Notes: generated by a model not told the origin, from the letters alone. DNA of 64,000 nucleotides from an uncultured Nitrososphaerota archaeon (GCA_963838925.1 CAWISW010000003.1:96001-160000), one strand, 5' to 3'. Positions 46,740 through 55,839 are shown, counted from the stretch's first letter. Program-made: numbers and translations.

Positions 46740-47192
46740 TTAGAGCTTCCTCACCATCTCGACCGCGTCGTCCCCGTCCGGGTAGTAGCCCTTGATGGTC
46801 TTGCCTGTCTCGACGAAGGCGAGCTTGCGGTAGAGGTTCCTCGCGCTGCCGTTGTTGGCCGCCACGAAGAGATAGAGCCGGCGGAACCTCCCCGAGAGGT
46901 GGGCGATGGCGGAATTCATCAGCATCTCGCCGACTCCCTTCCTCCTGAACTCGGGCGACACCGCTATGGACTGGATCCAGCCCTCGCCCTCGTGGGGCAT
47001 CGCCACGACGTATCCTATCACGGCGTCTTCTTTGCACGCGACGACGAAGCCCTTGCCCGCGACCAGAAGGAAGTAGAGGAAGTCGCGCTTCTTGTACGGC
47101 CGCTTGGGGAAGGAAGTCTTCTCTATCTGGGTGACGACGTCCAGGTCCCTGAACTCACAGGCCCTGAGCTCAGCGCCGCTGAGCGGCATCAC
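46740..47192 (-). CDS. GNAT acetyltransferase, RimI-like
   Basis: 'IAVSPEFRRKGVG', 'N..A..LY', 'YYPDGDDA..M'. Confidence 0.9.
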   Translation of the reverse strand: MMPLSGAELRACEFRDLDVVTQIEKTSFPKRPYKKRDFLYFLLVAGKGFVVACKEDAVIGYVVAMPHEGEGWIQSIAVSPEFRRKGVGEMLMNSAIAHLSGRFRRLYLFVAANNGSARNLYRKLAFVETGKTIKGYYPDGDDAVEMVRKL

Positions 47193-47228
47193 TCGCTCGA
47201 CCCGGCGTCAGACAGCCCCAGAGGCGAA

Positions 47229-47816
47229 CTACCACGCCCGCGACAGGCCATGGGAGCGGGCGGCGCGGTTGTTGCGCCTTGCCTTTGCGGTTGAAAGCGC
47301 GGCTATTATCTCTCCGCAGAAGGCGGGGAGGTCGTCCGGGACGCGCGAGGTGATGAGGTCCCCGTCCCTCACCACGGCCTTGTCAACGTACGTTCCGCCC
47401 GCGTTTACCACGTCGTCCTTGATCGACTTGTAGCAGGTGACGGTCTTCCCCTCGAGCACCTTCGCGGAGACCAGCATGGACCCGGCGTGGCATATCGCGG
47501 CGACGACCTTCCCCTCGTCGTTCGCGTCCTTCACGAACTTCACCATCGCCTCCGACCTCCTCATGTAGTCGGGCGCGAAGCCGCCGGGGATGACGACCGC
47601 GTCGAACTGCTTCGCCTTCGCGACGTCCGCGGAGAGGTCGGCCTTGACCTCGAGCCCGTGCTTGCTCTTGTAGGTCTCGCCCGCGGTCGGGGCCACCACC
47701 GAGACCACCGCCCCTGCCTCCCTCAGGCGAATTAGAGGGTACCAGAGCTCCAGATCTTCATACATATTCTCTGCGAGCACGGCGACTCGCTTACCTTCCA
47801 GCGGCGCGTCCATCAA
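47229..47816 (-). CDS. pfpI: PfpI/DJ-1 family protein
   Basis: 'EDLEL.YP', 'VIPGGFAPD', 'AAICHA', 'ITSRVPDDLPAF'. Confidence 0.9.
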   Translation of the reverse strand: MMDAPLEGKRVAVLAENMYEDLELWYPLIRLREAGAVVSVVAPTAGETYKSKHGLEVKADLSADVAKAKQFDAVVIPGGFAPDYMRRSEAMVKFVKDANDEGKVVAAICHAGSMLVSAKVLEGKTVTCYKSIKDDVVNAGGTYVDKAVVRDGDLITSRVPDDLPAFCGEIIAALSTAKARRNNRAARSHGLSRAW

Positions 47817-47924
47817 ATCCCAGCTCCCTCTTCAGGAATTTAAGATTTGAGGGAGGAGGGCGCCCCGTTCTGAAGGGTTCCGGACAATATTAAATAATCG
47901 CGGGTTAGGTTTTTCCCTCGGGCC

Positions 47925-48767
47925 ATGGCAAAGAACATCTTCTCCGAGGTAGAGAAGCAGGCCGACGCCGGGGGCGCGTCCAGGGCGTCTTGGCGCGGGG
48001 TCCTGAGCCTCAACATCCCCACGCTGGGCCTGGGGGCGGTCGAGTACCACCTAAGGGCGGCCAAGGCCCACGGCGACCTCAAGCCCGTCAACTTCGTGAA
48101 GCTGGACAAGAAGACCGGGAAGGAGGTCGTGAGCCGGGAGGTCCCGAGGATGTACCGCTACAAGGAGGGCCCCGAGGGGGAGCGCATCGACGTGGAGGAG
48201 ATCTCTCCCGAGGACGCGAAGAAGAAGGTGAGGTACGACGGCAAGTACATGGTCTCCGTCCGGACTGAGAAGAGGTACTTCCTGAAGCACGAGCTCGAGA
48301 TGTCGGGCCACTGGGTCGAGGTGCCCGTCGACCGCCTCGTGGACAAGCAGGACGGCGAGGAGATAGAGCCCTTCGAGCGGACCACGCGCGTCGAGGTCGA
48401 CAAGGACGGGTTCGTGCCCATCGAGAGGCTCGAGGAGTACAAGTTCAAGGAGGTCTACCAGCTCTCGCCCGACACCGACAAGAGGGTGAAGGAGACCACC
48501 GCGAGGGTCAAGCAGCTCGCGCGCTACCTCCTGGAGAAGCACACGGCGCTCGTCGCGTTCTTCTCGTGGGGGAGGGGCTACCAGTTCTACACGGCGGTGA
48601 TCTACCCGTACGAGCGCAAGGACGGGAAGCTCTGGCTCCTGATGGGGATGAGCGAGGGCATCCTCAAGCTCGACACCGCGTGGGCGCTGGAAAGCGAGCA
48701 GGAGGGCGAGGGCCTCCCGCCTGTGCCGCAGGCTAGGAAGAAGCCCAAGGTCACGATATCGAAGTAG
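47925..48767 (+). CDS. Divergent Ku-like DNA end-binding protein (putative)
   Basis: 'RASWRGVLS', 'VNF..L.KKTG..V', 'RVEV...FVP.E.LE.Y....Y.L.PD', 'LVAFF...R...A.I.P....L.L' are colinear with prokaryotic Ku motifs; basic C-terminal tail. Confidence 0.65.
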   Translation: MAKNIFSEVEKQADAGGASRASWRGVLSLNIPTLGLGAVEYHLRAAKAHGDLKPVNFVKLDKKTGKEVVSREVPRMYRYKEGPEGERIDVEEISPEDAKKKVRYDGKYMVSVRTEKRYFLKHELEMSGHWVEVPVDRLVDKQDGEEIEPFERTTRVEVDKDGFVPIERLEEYKFKEVYQLSPDTDKRVKETTARVKQLARYLLEKHTALVAFFSWGRGYQFYTAVIYPYERKDGKLWLLMGMSEGILKLDTAWALESEQEGEGLPPVPQARKKPKVTISK

Positions 48768-48788
48768 CGTTGTCGTCAGGGTTCCCCG

Positions 48789-49616
48789 ATGAGTGACCTG
48801 CCGGAGTACGTCGCCGAGCACTTCGCCCACGCGGTCAAGCAGGACCTCGCGACCTGGCTGCTGAAGAATCCGTTGCCCTGTCTGGTCGAGCCAAAGATCG
48901 ACGGCATCAGGGTCTTCCTCTTCAAGAGCGGGGACAAGCTCGTCATCTCCAGCAAGCACGGGGCGATGTACACGCCGCAGTCGAGCCCCAAGGTCTTCGC
49001 AACCGTTCCCGAGTTCCTCCACGCCCCACACCAGATGATCCTCGACGGGGAGTACGTCGCGAAGAAGGGGGCGCTGTTCCTCTTCGACGTCCTCAACGTG
49101 GACGGCAGGGACGTCCGCTCGCTCCCCCTGACGGAGAGGAAGAAGATCCTCCGGGAGATACTCGAGGGGACGGGCCTCGAGGTGCCCTACAAGCTCGCAA
49201 AGTCCACGCAGGAGGTCCTCGCCCTCAAGGAGAAGTTCGTCAAACAAGGATACGAGGGCATACTCGCGAAGAATCCCCAGTCGGCGCACGGGCAGCCGGG
49301 CTCGTGGCTGAAGATGAAGAAGTACGACACGCTGGACGTCTTCGTCATGGGCTATGAGAGGACGCAGGACATGGAGATGACCGGCGTCCCCCGGTCCTGG
49401 TTCGTGGGCGTCTATGACGAGGACGGGCACCGCGTCCCGCTGGGCAAGGTGGGGGCCTTCGTCGAGAAGGTCGACCCGCGCAAGGTCGTGAAGGGCGCGG
49501 TCGTCGAGGTACGGTACCAGGAGCTGACCGAGGACAAGAAGCTCCGCGGCGCGTTCATCCTGAGGGTCAGGCACGACAAGCTGCCGAACGAATGCTCGGT
49601 CGCGCAGCTAAGGTGA
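48789..49616 (+). CDS. Minimal ATP-dependent DNA ligase (adenylation + OB domains)
   Basis: Motifs I 'EPKIDGIR', III 'LDGE', IIIa 'FDVL', IV 'EGILAK', V 'WLKMKK', VI 'RVRHDK'. Confidence 0.92.
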   Translation: MSDLPEYVAEHFAHAVKQDLATWLLKNPLPCLVEPKIDGIRVFLFKSGDKLVISSKHGAMYTPQSSPKVFATVPEFLHAPHQMILDGEYVAKKGALFLFDVLNVDGRDVRSLPLTERKKILREILEGTGLEVPYKLAKSTQEVLALKEKFVKQGYEGILAKNPQSAHGQPGSWLKMKKYDTLDVFVMGYERTQDMEMTGVPRSWFVGVYDEDGHRVPLGKVGAFVEKVDPRKVVKGAVVEVRYQELTEDKKLRGAFILRVRHDKLPNECSVAQLR

Positions 49617-49629
49617 GCTGTGGAGACCC

Positions 49630-50163
49630 TTGAAGAAAGACCTCGACCTGAAGTTCGCAAAGGAGGTCGCGGCGGACTTTCAGAAGAAGACCGCCGACCT
49701 ATACGCTAGGTGCGAGTTGGCCGGGAGCGCTCGCCGCAACTCTCCCACAGTCCACGACGTCGACTTCGCGGTCATCCCCCAGGGCGACGACTTTGGCAAG
49801 TGGAAGGCCGAGGTGACGAAGCGCGTCGAGAAGATCGGGGGCGCCGTGGCCACTTTCGGGGAGGTCATCTCCAACTTCACCTACAGGGGCGTGCAAATCA
49901 ACCTCTTCCTCTGTCCCGGGCCGGACTCTTGGGGCGTCACGCTGATGTGGGCGACCGGGCCGACTGGCCACACCATCGGGATGACGATTAAGGCCAAGAA
50001 GAAGGGTCTGCTGATCAACTCGAGGGGCATATGGACTCTGGCCGAGCCCCCGAAGCTGGTGCCGGCGAGGACGGAGCACGACGTCGGGAAGATTCTCGAC
50101 TGGAAGTACAAGCCCCCCGAGACGCGCGGGAAGGACACCAAGAAGGAGCCTGCCTTCTACTGA
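49630..50163 (+). CDS. Minimal family X DNA polymerase-like protein (palm + thumb only)
   Basis: 'AGSARR....HDVDF', 'QINLF', 'WATGP', 'AKKKGLLINSRGI', 'TE.DV...L...Y.PPE.R'. Confidence 0.85.
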   Translation: MKKDLDLKFAKEVAADFQKKTADLYARCELAGSARRNSPTVHDVDFAVIPQGDDFGKWKAEVTKRVEKIGGAVATFGEVISNFTYRGVQINLFLCPGPDSWGVTLMWATGPTGHTIGMTIKAKKKGLLINSRGIWTLAEPPKLVPARTEHDVGKILDWKYKPPETRGKDTKKEPAFY

Positions 50164-50182
50164 GCGACTTGCGTCGGCTGCG

Positions 50183-50317
50183 TCACCAGACCGTCATCAT
50201 CATGCGACTTACCTCTTGGTTGGCCCTCTCCCAATACTTGTAGTAGCACTCGGCGCAAAGAGTGGGGTGGATTCTTGAAGCGGGCTGCCCGCACAAGTCG
50301 CACAGTTTGATGGCCAC
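50183..50317 (-). CDS. 44-aa C4 zinc-finger microprotein
   Basis: 'CDLCG...LCAECY' from GTG 50317; AT-rich box upstream. Confidence 0.5.
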   Translation of the reverse strand: MAIKLCDLCGQPASRIHPTLCAECYYKYWERANQEVSRMMMTVW

Positions 50318-50433
50318 GCTTGCCCCAACCGATGTCCAAGAAAGAGGCGCCCCGAATATTATTCTTTTTGGGCGGGGCTCCACGAGTTCGTCTAACGGTG
50401 GATGCCCCGGCCGGGGCGCGATGAACCCTACGG

Positions 50434-50871
50434 TCAGGCGCCAGGGATTCTGGCCGCCATCAGCTCGAGCGTCTTGGCGAGCCTCGCCCGCCTTCCATTC
50501 AAGGCGTCCGTCTGGGCCTCCAACCCCGCGACCCTCTCTTTCATGACGGAGATGTCCCCCTCTGCCCTGCACTTCTCGATCTCCGCGCCGAGGCGCTGGG
50601 ACCTGGCGGCCATGGTGTCGAGCAGCGTCTTCATCTCTGCGTTGACGCGCTTCGCCTCATCGAGGTCGGCGACGAGGGCGGAGAGCTTCTTGTCTGTGAC
50701 AAGCGTGTAGTTGCGCCTCCCCCTGACGGCGGGAAGGTCTGCCCCGCAGCGATTGCAGTTCATGAGGTCGACTGTGACGGCGTACGACGCCGATCCGAGG
50801 AGAGGTTCGCTGGCCGTCTTGAACGAGCTCCGCTCGGAGAAGCTGTCCCCGTTGCAGCCGGGGCACAGCAT
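50434..50871 (-). CDS. Zinc-ribbon + coiled-coil protein
   Basis: 'CPGC...CNRCG' followed by heptad-rich C-terminus. Confidence 0.7.
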   Translation of the reverse strand: MLCPGCNGDSFSERSSFKTASEPLLGSASYAVTVDLMNCNRCGADLPAVRGRRNYTLVTDKKLSALVADLDEAKRVNAEMKTLLDTMAARSQRLGAEIEKCRAEGDISVMKERVAGLEAQTDALNGRRARLAKTLELMAARIPGA

Positions 50872-50937
50872 GGCTGCTGCAGGTCGCCTCGAGGGCGTGG
50901 CAGTGGGCAAGGCGCGGGACCGCGTCCTAACTGCGTC

Positions 50938-51201
50938 CTAGTTCGAAGGGACAGATGGAGTGGATTGGTCGTGCTCGAGCGCGGGCTTTCCTTCCGCCAG
51001 CGACCGTAGCATGTCCCTGACGAGGCTGAGCGAGTTGTTCCCCGATTCCAGGAGCGTTGCGTACCTGGACATCTCCAGTATGGGAATCTGCTCCACGAGC
51101 ACCGAAATCTCATTTTCCAACGACGACTTCTTCTGCTCTAGGTCGTGCAACCGTGCCTCTATGTCTTCCTTCCTTCCCTGCGTTTCGCTCATGGATTCCA
51201 T
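50938..51201 (-). CDS. Small coiled-coil hypothetical protein
   Basis: 'IEARLHDLEQKKSSLENEI'. Confidence 0.55.
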   Translation of the reverse strand: MESMSETQGRKEDIEARLHDLEQKKSSLENEISVLVEQIPILEMSRYATLLESGNNSLSLVRDMLRSLAEGKPALEHDQSTPSVPSN

Positions 51202-51358
51202 AGGTCTTCCGTGGCCGGGCGAGTATGTCTGGGGGACAAACCAAATGTGTTGAGCGGCTGGTGAACTTTGGTGCAGTGCTGCGAAATGTGCGGGCGGGAG
51301 GCGGCCAGCTGACGGCGTGGCTCAGCTTATATCTGGAAAGCGCAGAGCCGGCGTCCGG

Positions 51359-51763
51359 ATGGTCCGCACAAGAAGAAGAGGGACGGCCATCGTCGAGACC
51401 CCGAAGGGGATACTGTTGGTCAGCCTGGACGGCACCAACTTCACCTTGCCGGGTGGCGGCGCCAAGCTGCACGAGAGCAGGAGGGACGCCGCCATCAGGG
51501 AGCTGATGGAGGAGACCGGAATGAAGGCGGTCAGCCTCACCCCGCTCTTCGAGTTCCTGGGAGGGATACACGAGGGCCCCCGGGGAGGCTCGTTCAGGAA
51601 CGCCCACGAGGTGTTCCTCGTGACAGCGACGGGGAGTCCCAAGCCGGGGCAGGAGGTGAAGGCGGTTGCCTACCTCCATGGATCTGGCCCGACCCTCACT
51701 CCTTCCGCGAAGAAGATCATCCAGAGGTACAATTCCATGAAGGGTCCGTCGCAGCTCGCCTAG
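51359..51763 (+). CDS. NUDIX hydrolase
   Basis: Nudix box 'PGGGAKLHESRRDAAIRELMEETG'. Confidence 0.9.
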   Translation: MVRTRRRGTAIVETPKGILLVSLDGTNFTLPGGGAKLHESRRDAAIRELMEETGMKAVSLTPLFEFLGGIHEGPRGGSFRNAHEVFLVTATGSPKPGQEVKAVAYLHGSGPTLTPSAKKIIQRYNSMKGPSQLA

Positions 51764-52465
51764 CCGCCGTCCGAAGAGTTGGAGTTGCGCAGATGCCTGA
51801 AACGCTTCAGTGACACAGCCACCCTCACTCGCGCATTACGAAGCGCCCTCTCCGCTGGCGAGTAGAAGTTGCCCAGGGCGACCTTGGCCTCTTCTTCCAA
51901 GGATATTTCGGCAAAGTTACCAAGCTGGAACGCCCCCGGATTCGCGATCACCGTGCTGCCGACCCTGTCGATCGCAACCGATTCGTGTATGTGACCGCAC
52001 ATGACCAGCCTGGGCTGTGTCCTCTTGATGTATTCGAGGACGGCCTTCGAGCCCGCGTGCCTTCCGCTGTAGAGCACGTCCACCTTCGTGCCGAACGGCG
52101 GCTCGTGTGAGAGGAGGATGTCCACCCTCCCGAGCTTCTCCAGGGCGGTCTCGTATCCGGCCTCGTCGACCTCAAACGGAAAGCCGCCGGAGGGCAAAGC
52201 ACCTCCGAGCCCTCCGACCGTGTACCCGCCAAGCTCCACCGCCGTGCCGTGGAGTATCCTGGCGCCGGTCTGTGGATTGTCGTGGTTGCCGAAGACGGCC
52301 ACAACGTTGTCGAAGCTGGAAGCGAGCGCGACAATCTGCGCCTGGATTTCCGCAGGTCCGTAATCTCCGCCCAGCGCCACCATGTCGTGAGTCTTCACCG
52401 CGCTTTGGATCCAGCCGGAGAAGTTCCGGCTGCCGTGAATGTCAGTCGCGAAAGGCAATCCTCAT
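51760..52465 (-). CDS. Calcineurin-like metallophosphoesterase; 1-nt insertion near the 5' end (TTG 52458 could rescue)
   Basis: 'DIHG', 'GGD', 'GNHD', 'SHEPP', 'CGHIHE', 'NPG'; ATG-AGG-ATT-GCC-TTT (MRIAF) is one base out of frame with ATDIHG. Confidence 0.85.
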
Positions 52466-52585
52466 GCGCTACGGAGCCTCCATCGTTGAAGGATCTGATG
52501 CTCGCGACGACCGGAGCCCGTCATCGGTATGTTCGCCAGCCTCTCTGTCATTTCAAGGTTTTGCACTCGACGGGTCTAATGCCCC

Positions 52586-53467
52586 TCAGGCGTAGCCCCT
52601 GTCTCTGAAGAAGGCCTTCGCCGCTGCGGCCTCCGCCTTGTGGAAGCCCTCCGTGTCTCCGCGCATCATGTCGTCCATGTGCTCCTGCATCAGCCTCGCC
52701 GAGACCGTCCGGTAGAACTCCCTGCACACCGCGATTGCCTTCACCACCTGCTCGTCGTCTGCGTACACGCCGCGCTCCTCGATCTGGTATCCCGTCTTCC
52801 TCAGCTCGTCGATGAAGCCCGAGAAGTTGCTGTCGGGGTCCCGGATCGCTTTGACCTTGGCCTCCGAGATGGTGATGACCTCTGGCCTCGACTTGCGGAT
52901 GAACTCGACCATGCGCGACATCGACTGCAGGACTCCTGGTGCCGGGTTGATTATCCGCGTGTAGACCTCCTTCTGCATCTCCTGCATGTAGTCCACGTCC
53001 ACGTCGAGGAGCCACGACTCGGTCTTGGCCATGCGGCCGACGAGGCTCTGGAGAGCCCTTGGGGGGCTGCGGTACACCTCAATCCCCATCGTCTCGGACA
53101 GGAAGCCCACCGCCGAGGAAATCGACTGCTCTTGGTCGGAGATCCTGAGGGAGCGCGGCAGCCTCGACTCGATGTCCTGGACGTGCCTGACTAGCATGGC
53201 CTCGGGGATGACGACGACGAGCTCCGGGGCCCCCGCCTTTCGCTTGCTCCCATTGAGCGCGGAGAGGCCCCCGGTGAGATTGCGAAGGGCCGAATGGGCG
53301 CCCGTCCGGCCGACGATGACCCGCAGCTCCTTGGGGTAGATGCTGTCGTCGCCTCCGAGGGAGACGTCCAGGTGGGAGTCCATGCTGACTATCGCGTCGA
53401 ACCGCTCGCCCAGCTCGGCGACGGTCTCAGGGACCTGCGAGTGGATGCTGTGGATTATCGCTCGCAT
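52586..53467 (-). CDS. Hypothetical protein, possible arginase/deacetylase (UPF0489-like) fold
   Basis: 'H..H', 'MDSHLD', 'LLDVDVDY', 'ITISE'. Confidence 0.55.
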   Translation of the reverse strand: MRAIIHSIHSQVPETVAELGERFDAIVSMDSHLDVSLGGDDSIYPKELRVIVGRTGAHSALRNLTGGLSALNGSKRKAGAPELVVVIPEAMLVRHVQDIESRLPRSLRISDQEQSISSAVGFLSETMGIEVYRSPPRALQSLVGRMAKTESWLLDVDVDYMQEMQKEVYTRIINPAPGVLQSMSRMVEFIRKSRPEVITISEAKVKAIRDPDSNFSGFIDELRKTGYQIEERGVYADDEQVVKAIAVCREFYRTVSARLMQEHMDDMMRGDTEGFHKAEAAAAKAFFRDRGYA

Positions 53468-53484
53468 CTTCGGCTGCCCGCTCG

Positions 53485-53958
53485 CTAAGGGCTCTCGCTC
53501 GCGTACAGGTTGGTCAATGCCCGGAAGCCGTTCTTGTGGTAGAACGCCACCGCGAAGTGGTTCGAGGCTGGGAACTCGGCGGTCATGAGCTTCGCCCCCT
53601 TTGATGCGAGCCTCTTCTTGGCCTCCTCGAGCATCTTCCTCCCCAGCGCCTTCCTCCTCGCCTCCGGGAGGATGTAGAGGTCGGTCACGTGCCCCTCCTT
53701 CGACGGCTCGTAGAACCTCCTTTCCCTGAGCTCGGCCCTCAGCACCCCGACGACCCTCTCGCCGCTGGTCGCGACCAGGAGAACGGTGTTCTTGGCGCCC
53801 ACGGAGTCGGCGATGTACCTTGAGGCCTGCCGGCCCACGTCCTTTGCGACGTTGAGCAGCGGGTCGAACTCGGCGTTGAACCGCTTCATCCTGGCGAGAA
53901 GCTCGGCGGCCTGGGCGACGTCGCCGCGCGTTGCCGGCCGTATCTTGGGCTCCACCAC
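53485..53958 (-). CDS. GNAT acetyltransferase
   Basis: 'IRPAT..D', 'LYILPEARRKALG', 'N..A..FY.KNGF'. Confidence 0.9.
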   Translation of the reverse strand: MVEPKIRPATRGDVAQAAELLARMKRFNAEFDPLLNVAKDVGRQASRYIADSVGAKNTVLLVATSGERVVGVLRAELRERRFYEPSKEGHVTDLYILPEARRKALGRKMLEEAKKRLASKGAKLMTAEFPASNHFAVAFYHKNGFRALTNLYASESP

Positions 53959-53971
53959 TTGCGACCGGCTC

Positions 53972-55309
53972 CTATCGCGCTGACGGAGGGCTCGGTATTA
54001 TGCCCTGCGCTATCATCGCCCGCACCGTCTCCTTCGACCGGTCGATTATCGTCTTGGCCCTGTGCATCAGCTCGCCCCTGCTCATGCTCTTGCCGGCGAG
54101 CCCCTCCTTCTGGGCGCTCAGCCCGATGGCTGCCGCGACCCGCGGGAAGACCTCGGAGTCCAGCATCGTCGGCACGATGTTCGTCGCCGTCAGACCCTTC
54201 TCCTTCGCGAACCGCGCGAGCTCCCTCGCCGCGGCTATCGCCATCGGGTCGGAGATCGTCCTGGCCCTCACGTCGAGGACGCCGCGGAACACTCCCGGGA
54301 AGAAGATGCTGTTGTTCACCTGGTTCGGAAAGTCCGACCGCCCCGTCGCTACCACCGCAGCCCCCGCCTCCGTGGCGTCACTCGGCCACATCTCTGGGGT
54401 GGGGTTCGCGAGGAGGAAGACTATCGACCTCTTCGCCATCGCCCTGACGTCTTGCTTCTTGACGGTGCCGGGCCCGGGCTTCGACGCGGCTATGAGGACG
54501 TCCGCCCCCCTCAGGGCGTCCCTGATCCCTCCCCTCACCTTCCCGGGGTTCGTCTTGAGGGCCAGCTCGTACTTCCACCTGTTCCTTAGCAGGAGCCTGT
54601 CCATGTCCTCCCGCTCGGAGTGGAGCGCCCCTTTGCTGTCGACGATGATGATGTTCTCGGGGAGGGCGCCGGCCTCGATTAGGAGGCGGCAGGTGGCGGT
54701 GTTCGCGGCGCCGGCCCCGCAGAAGACGATCTTGGCTTCGCGCAGGTCCCGCCTGGTGAGCTCGAGAGAGTTGTAGAGCGCCGCGAGTATGATTCCCGCG
54801 GTCCCCTGCTGGTCGTCGTGCCACACGGGTATCTTCATCTCACCCCTCAGCCGCTCGAGGATCTCGAAGCACTTGGGGGAGGAGATGTCCTCGAGGTTTA
54901 TCCCTCCGAAGCTGGGCTCCAGCGCCTGCGCTATGCTGATGAACTCCTCCTCGGACGAGGCCCGCACGGGGAGCGGGAACGCGTCCACCCCTCCGAGGTA
55001 CTTGTAGATGAGTGCCTTCCCCTCCATCACGGGAAGGGCCGCCTCAGGCCCGACGTCCCCGAGGCCGAGGACCCTCGTCCCGTCGGTGAGTATCGCCAGG
55101 GAGTTCCACCTGTTGGTGTACTCGAACGCCAGGTCGTGGTCGCCCTGGATCCGCTTAGAGACCGCGGCGACGCCCGGCGTGTACCAGATCGAAAAGTCAG
55201 CGAGAGACCTTATGGGGACCTTCGGGACGGTCCCGACCTTACCGCCGTAGAAGGACGAGTACTGCAGCGCCAGCTTGGAAGCCTCGTCTCCCTCGCCTTT
55301 CGATGCCAT
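53972..55309 (-). CDS. NAD(P)-dependent malic enzyme
   Basis: 'YTPGVA', 'DGTRVLGLG', 'PVMEGK', 'INLEDI', 'HDDQQGT', 'TGRSDFPNQVNN'. Confidence 0.95.
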   Translation of the reverse strand: MASKGEGDEASKLALQYSSFYGGKVGTVPKVPIRSLADFSIWYTPGVAAVSKRIQGDHDLAFEYTNRWNSLAILTDGTRVLGLGDVGPEAALPVMEGKALIYKYLGGVDAFPLPVRASSEEEFISIAQALEPSFGGINLEDISSPKCFEILERLRGEMKIPVWHDDQQGTAGIILAALYNSLELTRRDLREAKIVFCGAGAANTATCRLLIEAGALPENIIIVDSKGALHSEREDMDRLLLRNRWKYELALKTNPGKVRGGIRDALRGADVLIAASKPGPGTVKKQDVRAMAKRSIVFLLANPTPEMWPSDATEAGAAVVATGRSDFPNQVNNSIFFPGVFRGVLDVRARTISDPMAIAAARELARFAKEKGLTATNIVPTMLDSEVFPRVAAAIGLSAQKEGLAGKSMSRGELMHRAKTIIDRSKETVRAMIAQGIIPSPPSAR

Positions 55310-55376
55310 GCGGGTTCAGGGCGGCTTAATCTATTAAGTGTGAGCGCCTCTTTTTGGCGCTGGATTCTTCCGTCGG

Positions 55377-55643
55377 CTAGATCGCGATGGACGCGATCAT
55401 CTTGCCGGTGGTGTCGTCCGTGATGTTGATCTGCTGTGGGTGCTTCGCGAAGACAACGCGCCTCATGCTCACGATGAACTCTGCGCCTTCCTTGCTGTCC
55501 AGCTTCAGCGCGGTGCCCGAGGCGACCATGTCCCTGAACTCGCCCGTGCGCTTCGGGATGCCGACGGTCTTGATGTATCTGATTACCGAATCGCTTGTGT
55601 AGAATTTGGTTCTCGCTTCTTGACCCTTTGTCTCGTCGACCAT
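55377..55643 (-). CDS. Hypothetical protein (88 aa)
   Basis: ORF with TTTTATA about 33 nt upstream. Confidence 0.6.
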   Translation of the reverse strand: MVDETKGQEARTKFYTSDSVIRYIKTVGIPKRTGEFRDMVASGTALKLDSKEGAEFIVSMRRVVFAKHPQQINITDDTTGKMIASIAI

Positions 55644-55839
55644 GAAATGTTCAATTGTTCGCTCCGAGGGCACTATAAAAGCTGGTCAAGCCTGAATTTG
55701 CAGTCCCGGACGTGGGCGAAAGCTCCTGATTCTCGACTGGTCCATTCGTTCTGAAGTCTTAATAGGCTCCGTGTGGACTAAAGTCTGAAGGTCCTAGAAA
55801 GCGGTAAACAACGGATATCTCTGGAAGGCTGACGAGCAT

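Noticed and set aside
48789-49616. Replicative DNA ligase or LigD
   Set aside because: Too short: no N-terminal DNA-binding domain and no AEP polymerase or PE domain
47925-51201. Provirus or integrated element carrying the Ku-ligase-PolX trio
   Set aside because: No integrase, att repeats or structural genes seen, and the trio's codon usage matches the host
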